From: an uncultured Acidobacteriota bacterium
GTDB taxonomy: Bacteria; Acidobacteriota; Blastocatellia; RBC074
Length of the DNA: 64,000 nt
Reading direction: 5' to 3'
NCBI GenBank assembly: GCA_963796275.1
Contig: CAWCKY010000002.1
Location: 576,001 to 640,000 of the forward strand
Positions 40,859-50,276 of this stretch are shown here, in pieces. Both the position numbers and the translations under genes were made by a program. Position 1 is the stretch's first letter. Every line of letters begins with the position of its first letter. The notes under the pieces are model-generated. The model did not search any database. It was not told the DNA's origin and saw only the letters and a list, made by a program, of their open reading frames with translations.

Positions 40859-42367
40859 TCAGGCAAATAGCCTTCCCGATTTTCGGACGAACTGCATCCT
40901 CCACTGCAGTACCTGAAATTGGCCGGTGAACTGGATGAACAGTCGTCTCCAGATACTTGCTCCCGCACCCGTCTGGTTATCCCAATACATTTTGGGAATC
41001 CATTTGAAATTCAGGTTGTAGGCGAGTCGGAAAAGCCGCCAGTGCATCGGAGTCATCTCTTCGATCTTGAAATGATCCCCCAGTCCGGGGATCACTGGTG
41101 AGTAGAAAATCGGGAAGATCACCAATCGTTCATTGTAGAGGTCTTCAATCCAGCGTACCGTCTTTTCGACGTGCTCAGGGGTTTCCCCCGGCAGCCCCAA
41201 AATCAGGCTTATCAATGGGAAGTAACCCGCCTTGATCAGCCGGCGCACCTGCTGGTCGCAAAGCTCGCCCCACTCCGCCGGTTTGTATGGGCGGATTTTG
41301 CCCCCCTTCTGGTTCATATCCAGCAGTTCTCCGCTGGCGGTCTCGACGCCCAGATTAACCCAGAGAAAGTCGTGGCGCTGGCCGTCGACGAGCAGGTCGT
41401 GAACCTCGCGCAGATCGTCATCGGAGTATTGAGCGACGGAGATAATATTGGCGTGATCGATCTGGATGAGTTTCAGCGGCTTGATCTCTCGCAGACGGCG
41501 AATGAGTGCCTTCAAGACGGGTGGATTCACGGGGGCGCGATGCGTATTGCCGTAGCGAAAGAAATCTTCGCTCAACGCGCAGATCGAGGTGACTCCGCGT
41601 TCGACATTCCGTTCGACGTCGGAGGCAACGACATCGAGAGGTATGTGGATCATCCTCTCCGCGGCAATCGTGCAGAACTGGCATCCCTTGCCGCAGCCGC
41701 GGCTGATCTCCACAACCCCCATTGAGGTCGGCCCGCAGATCGCCGGAATCTCATTCTCGCGCGCGCTCCTGGCGGAAACCACGGGCGGCACTTCTCTCCC
41801 GTCTATCAAATCATGAAACCAACCTGCCGCCTGCGTCTCGGCATAACCCTCGACCACCAGATCAATTCCCAGGCTCTCTCTCGCATGCTCATTCTGGGCT
41901 AATTGCCATGCGCCCGCGCCTCCCGCCACCACTTTGAATGATCCTGTCCGCTTCTTCTCTTTCAGTTGATGCAGCAGCCGCTTGTACCAGGTGTGGGTAT
42001 AGAGAGTCCCTCCGGCCATATCTGACATCGTGCTGTTGGACATGCCGCGTCCGAGCGGATCGGAAGATGAGACGGCGACGATCTTCGTCCTCGATCCGAC
42101 ACAGGCTTCCAGGTCTTCCGGAGCGCAGAGGATAACGTCATCGCGGTTGAACCCATCGTTCAGGAGAGCAGCCTCGATGCGCCGCAAGCCCATAGGCGCC
42201 TTGCGTGCCGCAATACCATCGGTCGGCATTCGGGGCGCGATCATCGTGCGCATGATAAGCTCGGGCACCGATGTGGTCTGTATCGTCCCCATCATTCCAT
42301 CGAAAAGCACAGGGTAATCAGCCATCAATGTCCGATCTGCCGTTAAAACTACGGGATATCCGCTCAT
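40859..42367 (-). CDS. Radical SAM protein with a putative B12-binding N-domain, resembling archaeal GDGT ring synthases GrsA/B
   Basis: CxxxCxxC in EISRGCGKGCQFC; N-terminal VVLTADRTLM.DY, APMGLRRIEAAL, DPLG and GGAGAWQL; later LGVETAS and ILGLPGET. Confidence 0.8.
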   Translation of the reverse strand: MSGYPVVLTADRTLMADYPVLFDGMMGTIQTTSVPELIMRTMIAPRMPTDGIAARKAPMGLRRIEAALLNDGFNRDDVILCAPEDLEACVGSRTKIVAVSSSDPLGRGMSNSTMSDMAGGTLYTHTWYKRLLHQLKEKKRTGSFKVVAGGAGAWQLAQNEHARESLGIDLVVEGYAETQAAGWFHDLIDGREVPPVVSARSARENEIPAICGPTSMGVVEISRGCGKGCQFCTIAAERMIHIPLDVVASDVERNVERGVTSICALSEDFFRYGNTHRAPVNPPVLKALIRRLREIKPLKLIQIDHANIISVAQYSDDDLREVHDLLVDGQRHDFLWVNLGVETASGELLDMNQKGGKIRPYKPAEWGELCDQQVRRLIKAGYFPLISLILGLPGETPEHVEKTVRWIEDLYNERLVIFPIFYSPVIPGLGDHFKIEEMTPMHWRLFRLAYNLNFKWIPKMYWDNQTGAGASIWRRLFIQFTGQFQVLQWRMQFVRKSGRLFA

Positions 42368-42370
42368 ATA

Positions 42371-42528
42371 CAGTTTTCAGTTTTCAGTTTTCAGTTTCCA
42401 GTTTCCAGTTTTCAGTTTAGTTTCCAGTTTTCAGTTTTCGGGTTTGTAAACAGTTTCAGTAGAGACCGAAATCTGAATCCTGTCGGACAATAGGCACAAC
42501 AAGGGCAAACTAAAAACTGAAAACTGAA
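42371..42528. repeat. CAGTTTT heptamer array (about 10 units) with an inverted partner array
   Basis: (cagtttt/cagtttc)n at 42371-42439; inverted aaactaaaaactgaaaactgaa at 42507-42528; ctgaatcctgtc occurs twice. Confidence 0.85.
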
Positions 42529-42543
42529 TCCTGTCAACCGAGA

Positions 42544-43581
42544 TCAAATTTCAAGGCTATCCAACTCATCCATGAGTTTGTCGAGGTCATCTTTTTCGGA
42601 AGCGGCCCTTCCAACCTGGCGCTTGGGAATACCGATCGTGAGCCCCACCGCAGTGCGTCCATCTTTAATCAACTCCACGTCACGCTCCTGGGCAGCCAGC
42701 TCGATTGCGCTTGGCGCGCCGAAAAGCCGGGAGAGATCGATCTTCAGACCTCCTGGCCCTTCACCCGGCGCTCCGGCGATAGCCGGCATCTTGTGCTCCG
42801 GAAAGATGATGGCATTCTCCGGACAGACCCGGCTGCATGCAGGGCAACCGCGCTTACAGTTATCCTGATTCTCGACGAGAATCCGCTCCTTCCGATCAAT
42901 CCCGTAAACGCCGAAGAGACAAAAATCGATGCACTCCAGGCAGTTGGTGCATCGGCTGTAATCAATCACCGGATACCAGCGAGTCTCTTTCGACTCTCCC
43001 AGCACAACCGGTCTGGTCTTATCATCAGACGCCAAAAATCGCTGCATCTGATCCGGTTTCGGATCGCCACTCAGCCATCCAGTCAATGGAACGAACTCGA
43101 TCGAAGCCTCTTTCGCGATACGCTTGACTTCATCGACATAGACATTCGGTTCTTCATAAGCCCTGAGGTCGAGGCAGAAAAGATGGCGGTCAGGCGTCTC
43201 GGCGGGGCCGATAGCATTATTTCCCTCGTCATTTCCCGAGTCACCCTCTCCTATCGCCTCGTCTTCGCCTTCTTCGCCAGATTCTTCTCCCAGGCTTTTT
43301 AAAAGAGTGACTCCTTTTTTCCCGCTGATACCATTGCGGTCGAGGAGCCAATGTGCCGCTCTCGGGTAGAGCCACGAGAGGAGAATCAAATGGCCTTTTA
43401 CGGAATTCAGGTATAGCAGGCCGGTGTCACCCGGTGAGAGGTCATAGACGTGTGGCACCACCGCGAAATCGATCCCGGGTTCGAGCAGCAGGGCCGTAGC
43501 GATCTCTTCTTCGAGATGGCGTTTGGCGGGGTTTTTACCGCGCGTCTGCGAAAGGACGACTGTTATGCGATTTGCAGCCAT
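42544..43581 (-). CDS. 2x[4Fe-4S] ferredoxin-domain protein with an uncharacterised N-terminal domain
   Basis: CTNCLECIDFC and CKRGCPACSRVCP; acidic linker. Confidence 0.85.
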   Translation of the reverse strand: MAANRITVVLSQTRGKNPAKRHLEEEIATALLLEPGIDFAVVPHVYDLSPGDTGLLYLNSVKGHLILLSWLYPRAAHWLLDRNGISGKKGVTLLKSLGEESGEEGEDEAIGEGDSGNDEGNNAIGPAETPDRHLFCLDLRAYEEPNVYVDEVKRIAKEASIEFVPLTGWLSGDPKPDQMQRFLASDDKTRPVVLGESKETRWYPVIDYSRCTNCLECIDFCLFGVYGIDRKERILVENQDNCKRGCPACSRVCPENAIIFPEHKMPAIAGAPGEGPGGLKIDLSRLFGAPSAIELAAQERDVELIKDGRTAVGLTIGIPKRQVGRAASEKDDLDKLMDELDSLEI

Positions 43582-43601
43582 AATGAAATTGTTCGGAAGT
43601 C

Positions 43602-44057
43602 TTACTCGTGCATCTGCCCCTTGATCTGGCGTTGCGTATCTTCCCAGGTGCCTTTCAAATGCTCCATGTAATCCACAGCGCTCAGCAGAGTGGCGTTTTT
43701 CGGTGCGAAGTCGAAGAGCCAGCCTTTTCCATAATTGTCGACATTGATCGATGTCGGGTCCCTCATAAGTTCACGGTTGAAGCGCAATATCAGTCCGTCT
43801 GCAGGCGCGTGAAGCGTAGAGACAGCCTTCGAGCTCTCAATCTCTCCCATCTCCTGCTTGGCTTGAACTGCAGTATCAGCTTCTATGCTCCAGTCTAAAA
43901 AGTAAACATCTTGAAGTAACCGGACGGCGAAGGCGGTGAACCCGACCCGGTATGCGTCCGTCACGGCTTGAAACCACATATGGCTTCGCACATAAAGGCG
44001 ATCGGTCGGAAACCGGGCCTCGTATTTTCCCATCATGAATATGAGGTATTCAGACAT
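43602..44057 (-). CDS. Glycine-cleavage H-protein-like lipoyl carrier
   Basis: Y..SHMW, VGFTAFA, lipoyl-Lys motif GEIESSKAVSTL.AP, INVDNYGKGWLF. Confidence 0.85.
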   Translation of the reverse strand: MSEYLIFMMGKYEARFPTDRLYVRSHMWFQAVTDAYRVGFTAFAVRLLQDVYFLDWSIEADTAVQAKQEMGEIESSKAVSTLHAPADGLILRFNRELMRDPTSINVDNYGKGWLFDFAPKNATLLSAVDYMEHLKGTWEDTQRQIKGQMHE

Positions 44058-44183
44058 CAGCGGTCATTGCCAAATGTTCGCGGTCAGTCTACCACGCAAT
44101 CTGGCTTATGGCACAGTGACGTGCAAGCGATTTGGCCTGGCAGATTCAATGAGGTTATTATCACAATATTGATGGAGGTGTTT

Positions 44184-45275
44184 ATGGATACTTTAGACTC
44201 ATCAAATCGGAGAAGGATTGCTGGAATGATCTTACGATCGGCAGTCTGTGCGATCGCAATCTATAGTCTTGGGAGCGGAGTTTTAAGCACATATGGCGCG
44301 CAATCTGACGGCGCAAAGCAGAAAAAACCTGACGATCAGCAAAAAAGTGAAAGCAAGGGTAAGGCGGATGGGGCCCAACACGGTTCGGCATTACTGTGGC
44401 AAGAGCCGGCCGACATCGAGCGGCGCGACCTTTTCTACGGGATCGGCGGGCAAGCTGGCGCACCCGACCCGGCTGACAAATTGACATTCGCGGGCGATAA
44501 AGGCTCACCCAAAGACTCGAATCCCAAGATTGACGTCAAGGATAGCCGCGGGCGCGAATGGACGGTGAAGTTCGGGCCCGAGGTCAAATCGGAGACGGCT
44601 GTCTCGCGCATCGTCTGGGCGGCCGGATATTACGTGGATCAAGTCTATTTCGTCGAGAAGGCGACAATCGAAGGATTCAACCGGATCGAAACACGAAATA
44701 TGCGGTTTGAACGCGAAGACGACGGGTTAAAGACCGTTGGCCGCTGGGACTGGAATACCAATCCGTTTATTGGCACGCGCGAACTCGATGGTCTCAAGAC
44801 CCTGATGGCGCTCGTCCAAAACGTAGATCTATCGATACTGAACAACCGGATCGCGCGCCCCAAAAAGAGCGACGATAAGACTCAGACGGATATCTACTAT
44901 GTGAATGACCTGGGAGCGGCGCTCGGTTCGACAGGGGCCTGGTACACCCGGTTTCCCTGGGTTGATAATGCTCGATCCGAGAGCAAGGGTGTCCCCAAGG
45001 ATTACGTAAAGAACGGATTCATCTCAGGAATTAAGAATGGCGAGGTCGACTTCCACGTCACGAGGAGGCGAACTAATCGGATACTCGACGGCGTAAAAGT
45101 CGAAAATGCCAGATGGATGGGAAACCTTCTCGGTCGCTTGTCAAAAAAACAACTCGCGGACGCGTTCCGGGCCGGCGGTTTCAGCGACGCTGAAGTGGAT
45201 ACTTATGTGGATGAGATACGTAAACGGATATCGCAGCTTCAAAACCTGGAGCGGGATGATCTGATGACTCGATAA
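44184..45275 (+). CDS. Exported hypothetical protein with atypical kinase-like (HipA/PI3K/CotH-like) motif pattern
   Basis: GGAGGT RBS; signal-like N-terminus; PK..V.D..G.EWTVKFG..E.AVSRIVWAAGY, N.DL...NN, YVNDLG. Confidence 0.6.
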   Translation: MDTLDSSNRRRIAGMILRSAVCAIAIYSLGSGVLSTYGAQSDGAKQKKPDDQQKSESKGKADGAQHGSALLWQEPADIERRDLFYGIGGQAGAPDPADKLTFAGDKGSPKDSNPKIDVKDSRGREWTVKFGPEVKSETAVSRIVWAAGYYVDQVYFVEKATIEGFNRIETRNMRFEREDDGLKTVGRWDWNTNPFIGTRELDGLKTLMALVQNVDLSILNNRIARPKKSDDKTQTDIYYVNDLGAALGSTGAWYTRFPWVDNARSESKGVPKDYVKNGFISGIKNGEVDFHVTRRRTNRILDGVKVENARWMGNLLGRLSKKQLADAFRAGGFSDAEVDTYVDEIRKRISQLQNLERDDLMTR

Positions 45276-45429
45276 TCGCTGAAGCCGATTAATGCGAGCG
45301 AATTTGCTGCGAAAATCTGTGTAATACTCGTAAGTAGGGGCAAGTTGGGGGAAGCGACCTGAGAATCGTAAAGTGATCATCCGCCAGGACGCTTGTCGCT
45401 CATGCGTTCAACAGCGGTTGCTTTTTATC

Positions 45430-46305
45430 TTACCTTTGAATGACGCCTCGATCTATCACACTTCCGGTTTCGCTGATCGCCTGAAAACTGATGCAGCTGT
45501 GATCTGCATCTATCAGCATAAAATGGTTGTCCTCATCGTAACTCTGCGCGCGAATCGGGCTATTGATGTCTACACCGCCGCGGCGCGACTTACCTCCGGC
45601 GCCGGTGACAAAATATTGTATCCCCTGCTGAAGCTTGGTGCGCTCGTAAAAGTGGTCGTGCCCTGAAAAGACGACATTGACCCCATAACGGACGAGCAGC
45701 GGCTCCAATTTCCTTCTCAATTCCGCGTCCGACCCATGCCGTTTGCCGGAGGAATATATAGGATGATGAAATACAGCAATCTTCCAGTGCGCGGTGGAAG
45801 CCTGTAGCTTCTGCTCAAACCACCCTAACTGTGTTAAATCCAGATCGGTAGAATCGAGCATGAACAACTCTACCAACCCGCCGCCCTGCTTCAACGTAAA
45901 ATAGTTGTGCCCGCCCATGTTGAATAGGGGATATTGGCGCTGATCCTGCCGACCCTCTCGCACGTCGTGATTCCCCAGAACAACGTGGAAGTTTATGCGC
46001 TCCGCCAGCAACTTGGCGAACGGGCGCTCGAAATGCTTGATGAAGTTGCGTCCGCTGCCATTGGGATAGATGTTATCACCGGCTGAGATAACAAAATCGA
46101 ATGGATTGCGCTGATGCGCCGCGAACATCTGTTGAGCTATACCAGTCTGGTCTCCGTCACCGGTTCCCCAATCGCCGATGACCGGAAATCGTACCCGGTC
46201 CTTCACCGGATCGGCCCCAAAAATCGATAGCGGTTTGATGACGGCCCCTGCCGTAATGCCCGCTAACGAGATCAAGGCCTGCCGACGTGTGATCTTATTA
46301 TTCAT
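45430..46305 (-). CDS. Calcineurin-like metallophosphoesterase (purple-acid-phosphatase-like) with a Tat signal
   Basis: TRRQAL; GDWG, GDNIY, LGNHD, HHPIY, GHDHFYER. Confidence 0.9.
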   Translation of the reverse strand: MNNKITRRQALISLAGITAGAVIKPLSIFGADPVKDRVRFPVIGDWGTGDGDQTGIAQQMFAAHQRNPFDFVISAGDNIYPNGSGRNFIKHFERPFAKLLAERINFHVVLGNHDVREGRQDQRQYPLFNMGGHNYFTLKQGGGLVELFMLDSTDLDLTQLGWFEQKLQASTAHWKIAVFHHPIYSSGKRHGSDAELRRKLEPLLVRYGVNVVFSGHDHFYERTKLQQGIQYFVTGAGGKSRRGGVDINSPIRAQSYDEDNHFMLIDADHSCISFQAISETGSVIDRGVIQR

Positions 46306-46656
46306 ATCCAACCCCTCATCCGGTTCTGGAAAAGCAATGCACCCACCCGTCAGATGGATTGATTTTCTTATTTGATTACCCGAAAGGAAAAATGTCTTAG
46401 GGGAAGTGCTCAGTAGCACTCGAATGACGTATATATCATACCCGATGATTGCTCTCGTGAAAAGTAGATTAGAAAACAAAACAGACGTAAAGCCTGAACA
46501 ATCAAAGAGTTCCCTGCGTGAAATTCAACGTAAAGGCGCGAAGACGCTGTAAGTTTCGTTATTGCAACGGCTCAGTCCGCATTAGCGCTTAATATAAACT
46601 TTTTTCGACTTCGCGCCCCTCGACGTCAATCCCTATGACCTAAAACACGATATGAC

Positions 46657-49600
46657 CTAGTAAGACAGCCTCAGGCCAAATTGAATATTCCGCCCGCCGC
46701 CGCTCGACAGAATCTTCCCGAAATTTAGGTCGTTCACATTACCCACGGGTCCCCCAAATTGAGTCGTGTTGAATGCATTGTAGAATTCCGCCCGGAATTG
46801 CAGGTTCACTCGCTCTTTGATGCGCTGGCTGCGCGAGAGCGCGAGGTCGAAAGATTTGATCCCCGGCTCGCGGAGGTTGGGTTGTGTCCGCGAATCGCTT
46901 CCCAGCGAGAATGCCGGCGCAGCTTTGAAAGCCGTGGTATCGAACCAACGGTCGATCGTCTGTTCTCCTTTCGGCAATACAGGTGACTTCATTTTGATGG
47001 CTGTCGCTCCCACACCGGGCAGAAACGTGCTGGCGGGACCGGTAATCACAACCGGCACTCCACTTGAGAAATTGGTGATTCCCGATATCTGCCAATTGCC
47101 CACCACGCGGCTGGCCCATCCGCTTCCCAGGAATTTCTTGCCCTGCCCAAGCGGTAATTCGTAGATATAGTTCAAAACAAGCATCTGTGGCCGATCGTAG
47201 TCGCCGATCGATCGCGAAAGCGATAGGTTATTTGGATCGATGAATCCGGTGCGCCCGCCGAACCGCTCCTGCACGTTGTCGATCTGCTTGCTGACCGTAT
47301 ATGCGGCCTGAAAAAGCAGGCCGCGGCCAAACCTTTTATCAACTCGCACCGTCATGCCGTGATAGACCGAGTCTCCCACCGCATCGCGGAAACGCCCGAC
47401 GTCGGTGTAGTGGGGGTATGGCTTCAGTAGTTGCGAACGGCGTACCTTTTCGGCGCTCAATTCTCCGGTTGTGATCAGGCCGTAGTATGGGTTATCCACC
47501 AGGTCATTCAACCTCTCACCCAGCGAAAGATACTGTGCGCTCACAGCATTGCGGGAGCGATTGACCCAGATGCGCTGCCCCCGGCTGCCGATATAGGCAA
47601 TCTCTAAGAGCATATCCCGCGCCAGCGTCCGTTGGATATTGAGGTTCCATTGATGGTTGTAAGGTGTCACCCAATCGCGGAATGCCGTGCCGATACCACC
47701 CCCTACTCCGGTCGTTGGGGATGGAAAATACCCTGAGACGAACGGGTTCGACAGCGATGCGCCAACAGGAGGCGTATTGGGCGCCTCAGGTTGCTGGCCC
47801 AGAAAAACCGGAGTGGATGCGAGGAATCCGCTTCCCAGATCGCTGGCCCCCGCGCCGATTCCGCCGCTGCCGGGGAAATAGAAGAGACCGTAGCCTATCC
47901 GCAGCACGGTATCTTTCTTAAACTCCCAGGCGATTCCCACGCGCGGCGCGAAGTTGTTCCGGTCGGGATCAGATTGATAACGCGGGTTGCCGTCGCGCCC
48001 GACGAAACGCAGGACGCCTTTCTCCTGCGTGATCGGCTCGATTGCGTCGGGATCGAAGTAGGCCAACTGGTCGAAACGATCAGACCACGGCGTCTGATAC
48101 TCCCAGCGCAGACCCAGGTTGAACGTCAGATTACGACGCGCTTTCCACTCATCCTGCACGTACCAGGAGTAGTATCTCTGCGACGCAGCCAGCGATGGAT
48201 CGTCAGTGATCGAACCTCCAGTCGGCATGCCGAGCAGGAAGGTGGCCACGCCGTGTCCTGACGCCATGTTGGGAGTATCGAGCGGGTCGGGCCCATGCGT
48301 GAAGGAGCGACCGAAATCGTAAACGCCCGATGGCCGTTCAGACCGGAAAACGTTGAAGGCCATGAACGTGAAGTCATAACCCGATTTCACCGAATGAGCG
48401 CCGCGCAGCCACGTGAAATGACCCTGTAATTCCCCGGCATTCTCGGCATCGGTGAAGTACGAAGCCCTGTCCGGCCCTAAACTGGCCACATCGGCAATAT
48501 TGAAGCGCGGGAAGAGCAGTGTCTTAGCCTGGTTTTTGAGCGACGCAGGGAACCCGAGTTGCGTGAAATCGAAACCGGCGCTCCGTGGAGTCACGATGAA
48601 CAGACCGCGCGTGAAACTGCCGCGAAACTCGGCGACGAGGTCCGGGCGAAGCGTGACCGTATCGCTGAGCACGACCGTCCGCGGGTGGCTCTCGAACTGG
48701 CCCTTCTCGCCGTTCGTCCCCTCAGAGGGAAATGCCTCATTGAGGCCGGGAGTCACGCCGGCACCCTCCTGCCTTCCGTATGTCAAAAACAGTTTGTGAC
48801 TCTTACCCAGACTGTGATCGACGCGGAAAAACATCTTCCACGAGTCATCCTTGCGCGTAGCGCCTTGGAAGAAATTCAGCGTCCTGGTCGATCTGTTCGG
48901 AAGCGGAAAGTATTCCATGACGCGGCGGGCAATCGGATCAATGCGGTCGGGGCAGATAACATTGAACCTGTCCCCGCACATGATTTGCTGGCGCGTGTAT
49001 CTCCCCGGCCTGTTTTTATCGGCTACCGTCAGAGTCGGATCATAAATTTTCACCAGATTACCCATATTGTCGAACGTCTGGGAAAAGTCGCCGATTCTTT
49101 CCAGCGCAGTTGGGACAGTGGTTTCAATGTTATCCGGTGTACGTTGTTTGATCTGCTCCCAATTGAAGAAGAAAAACGTCCGGTTGTGCCCGTCATAAAG
49201 ACGTGGTATGTAGACAGGCCCGTTCACCGAGAATCCGTATTCGTTCCGGCGAAATGCGCCTTTCGGTGAGCCGCGCATGTTATCGAAGAACGATTTGGCG
49301 TTCAGTATGTCGTTGCGCAGGAACTCGTAGAAACTTCCGTGTAGGTCATTGGTGCCCGGACGGGTGCCGGCCGTCAGCACGCCGCCGCCAGAACGCCCGA
49401 ATTCGGCCGACATATTGTTGGTGATTACCTTGAATTCCTGTACGGCCTCCAGAGGCGGTGTGAAAGTGATGTCGTTAGTGGTGCTGTTGCGGGTCTCGGC
49501 GCCGTCGAGGAGGATCTCGCTGGTGTTCGATCGGCCGCCGTTGATTATGGGTCCGACACCCGCACCTCCCTTGGGCGCCACGCCGGGCGCCAGTGTAAGC

Positions 49601-50085
49601 AGGCTGTAAGGGTTTCGACCGAGCAATGGCAGCTCGATCATCTGCTTGCTCCCGACCACATTGCCAAGCGACGCGCTCTGCCGCTCGAGTTGAACGGGAG
49701 CGGCTGTGACCGTGACCGCGTCGAGCTGTAGCGTTCCAGCCTCCAGCGAAACATTGATCGTAGCCGTCAGTCCGACTGTGATCTGAATCCCCGAGACACG
49801 CCCCTTGGTGAACCCCTGACTCTCCACGGTCAGGTCATACTGACCGGGCAGCAGGTACGGCACACGGTAATGCCCTTCCTCGTTGGTCTCAGTCTCACGC
49901 TTGACCCGGGTCTGCGTATGAGTAACAACGACCAGAGCCTTGGGAATAATCGCTCCCAACTGATCCGTCACTGTTCCGGTAATGGTTCCCTGGTCTATCT
50001 GAGCAAGTGTCAAAGATGTGAACCAATAAATTAAGACTACGGATAGTACTGGGGTTAATAGCAACCGACAAACAAGCTGCCTCAT
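46657..50085 (-). CDS. TonB-dependent receptor (Oar-like)
   Basis: GGAGG RBS before ATG 50085; carboxypeptidase-regulatory domain, EFKVITNN.SAEFGR.GGG, NFAPRVG, terminal LRLSY. Confidence 0.92.
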   Translation of the reverse strand: MRQLVCRLLLTPVLSVVLIYWFTSLTLAQIDQGTITGTVTDQLGAIIPKALVVVTHTQTRVKRETETNEEGHYRVPYLLPGQYDLTVESQGFTKGRVSGIQITVGLTATINVSLEAGTLQLDAVTVTAAPVQLERQSASLGNVVGSKQMIELPLLGRNPYSLLTLAPGVAPKGGAGVGPIINGGRSNTSEILLDGAETRNSTTNDITFTPPLEAVQEFKVITNNMSAEFGRSGGGVLTAGTRPGTNDLHGSFYEFLRNDILNAKSFFDNMRGSPKGAFRRNEYGFSVNGPVYIPRLYDGHNRTFFFFNWEQIKQRTPDNIETTVPTALERIGDFSQTFDNMGNLVKIYDPTLTVADKNRPGRYTRQQIMCGDRFNVICPDRIDPIARRVMEYFPLPNRSTRTLNFFQGATRKDDSWKMFFRVDHSLGKSHKLFLTYGRQEGAGVTPGLNEAFPSEGTNGEKGQFESHPRTVVLSDTVTLRPDLVAEFRGSFTRGLFIVTPRSAGFDFTQLGFPASLKNQAKTLLFPRFNIADVASLGPDRASYFTDAENAGELQGHFTWLRGAHSVKSGYDFTFMAFNVFRSERPSGVYDFGRSFTHGPDPLDTPNMASGHGVATFLLGMPTGGSITDDPSLAASQRYYSWYVQDEWKARRNLTFNLGLRWEYQTPWSDRFDQLAYFDPDAIEPITQEKGVLRFVGRDGNPRYQSDPDRNNFAPRVGIAWEFKKDTVLRIGYGLFYFPGSGGIGAGASDLGSGFLASTPVFLGQQPEAPNTPPVGASLSNPFVSGYFPSPTTGVGGGIGTAFRDWVTPYNHQWNLNIQRTLARDMLLEIAYIGSRGQRIWVNRSRNAVSAQYLSLGERLNDLVDNPYYGLITTGELSAEKVRRSQLLKPYPHYTDVGRFRDAVGDSVYHGMTVRVDKRFGRGLLFQAAYTVSKQIDNVQERFGGRTGFIDPNNLSLSRSIGDYDRPQMLVLNYIYELPLGQGKKFLGSGWASRVVGNWQISGITNFSSGVPVVITGPASTFLPGVGATAIKMKSPVLPKGEQTIDRWFDTTAFKAAPAFSLGSDSRTQPNLREPGIKSFDLALSRSQRIKERVNLQFRAEFYNAFNTTQFGGPVGNVNDLNFGKILSSGGGRNIQFGLRLSY

Positions 50086-50276
50086 GATTTTGTTCCTCCG
50101 CGCTGTTTTGGTTTCGATGAATGAAATTTGCCGGCAAGCCGCGAGCTGCCGGAACTCGCGCCCTAGCCGCATGCACAGCCTTAATCACCGGCATGATGAG
50201 GTATTGCGATGCTTACCGCGCGCACACGCATCCTCGCGTTGAGCATGGATGCAATGTCCGCAATGTCTGGAGTGTC

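Noticed and set aside
43602-44057. Canonical glycine cleavage operon
   Set aside because: No gcvT, gcvP or lpd and no glycine riboswitch nearby, so the gene symbol was withheld.
43968-44183. N-terminal extension of the 435-aa ORF
   Set aside because: It overlaps the GcvH-like gene on the opposite strand, and a strong GGAGGT RBS supports ATG 44184.
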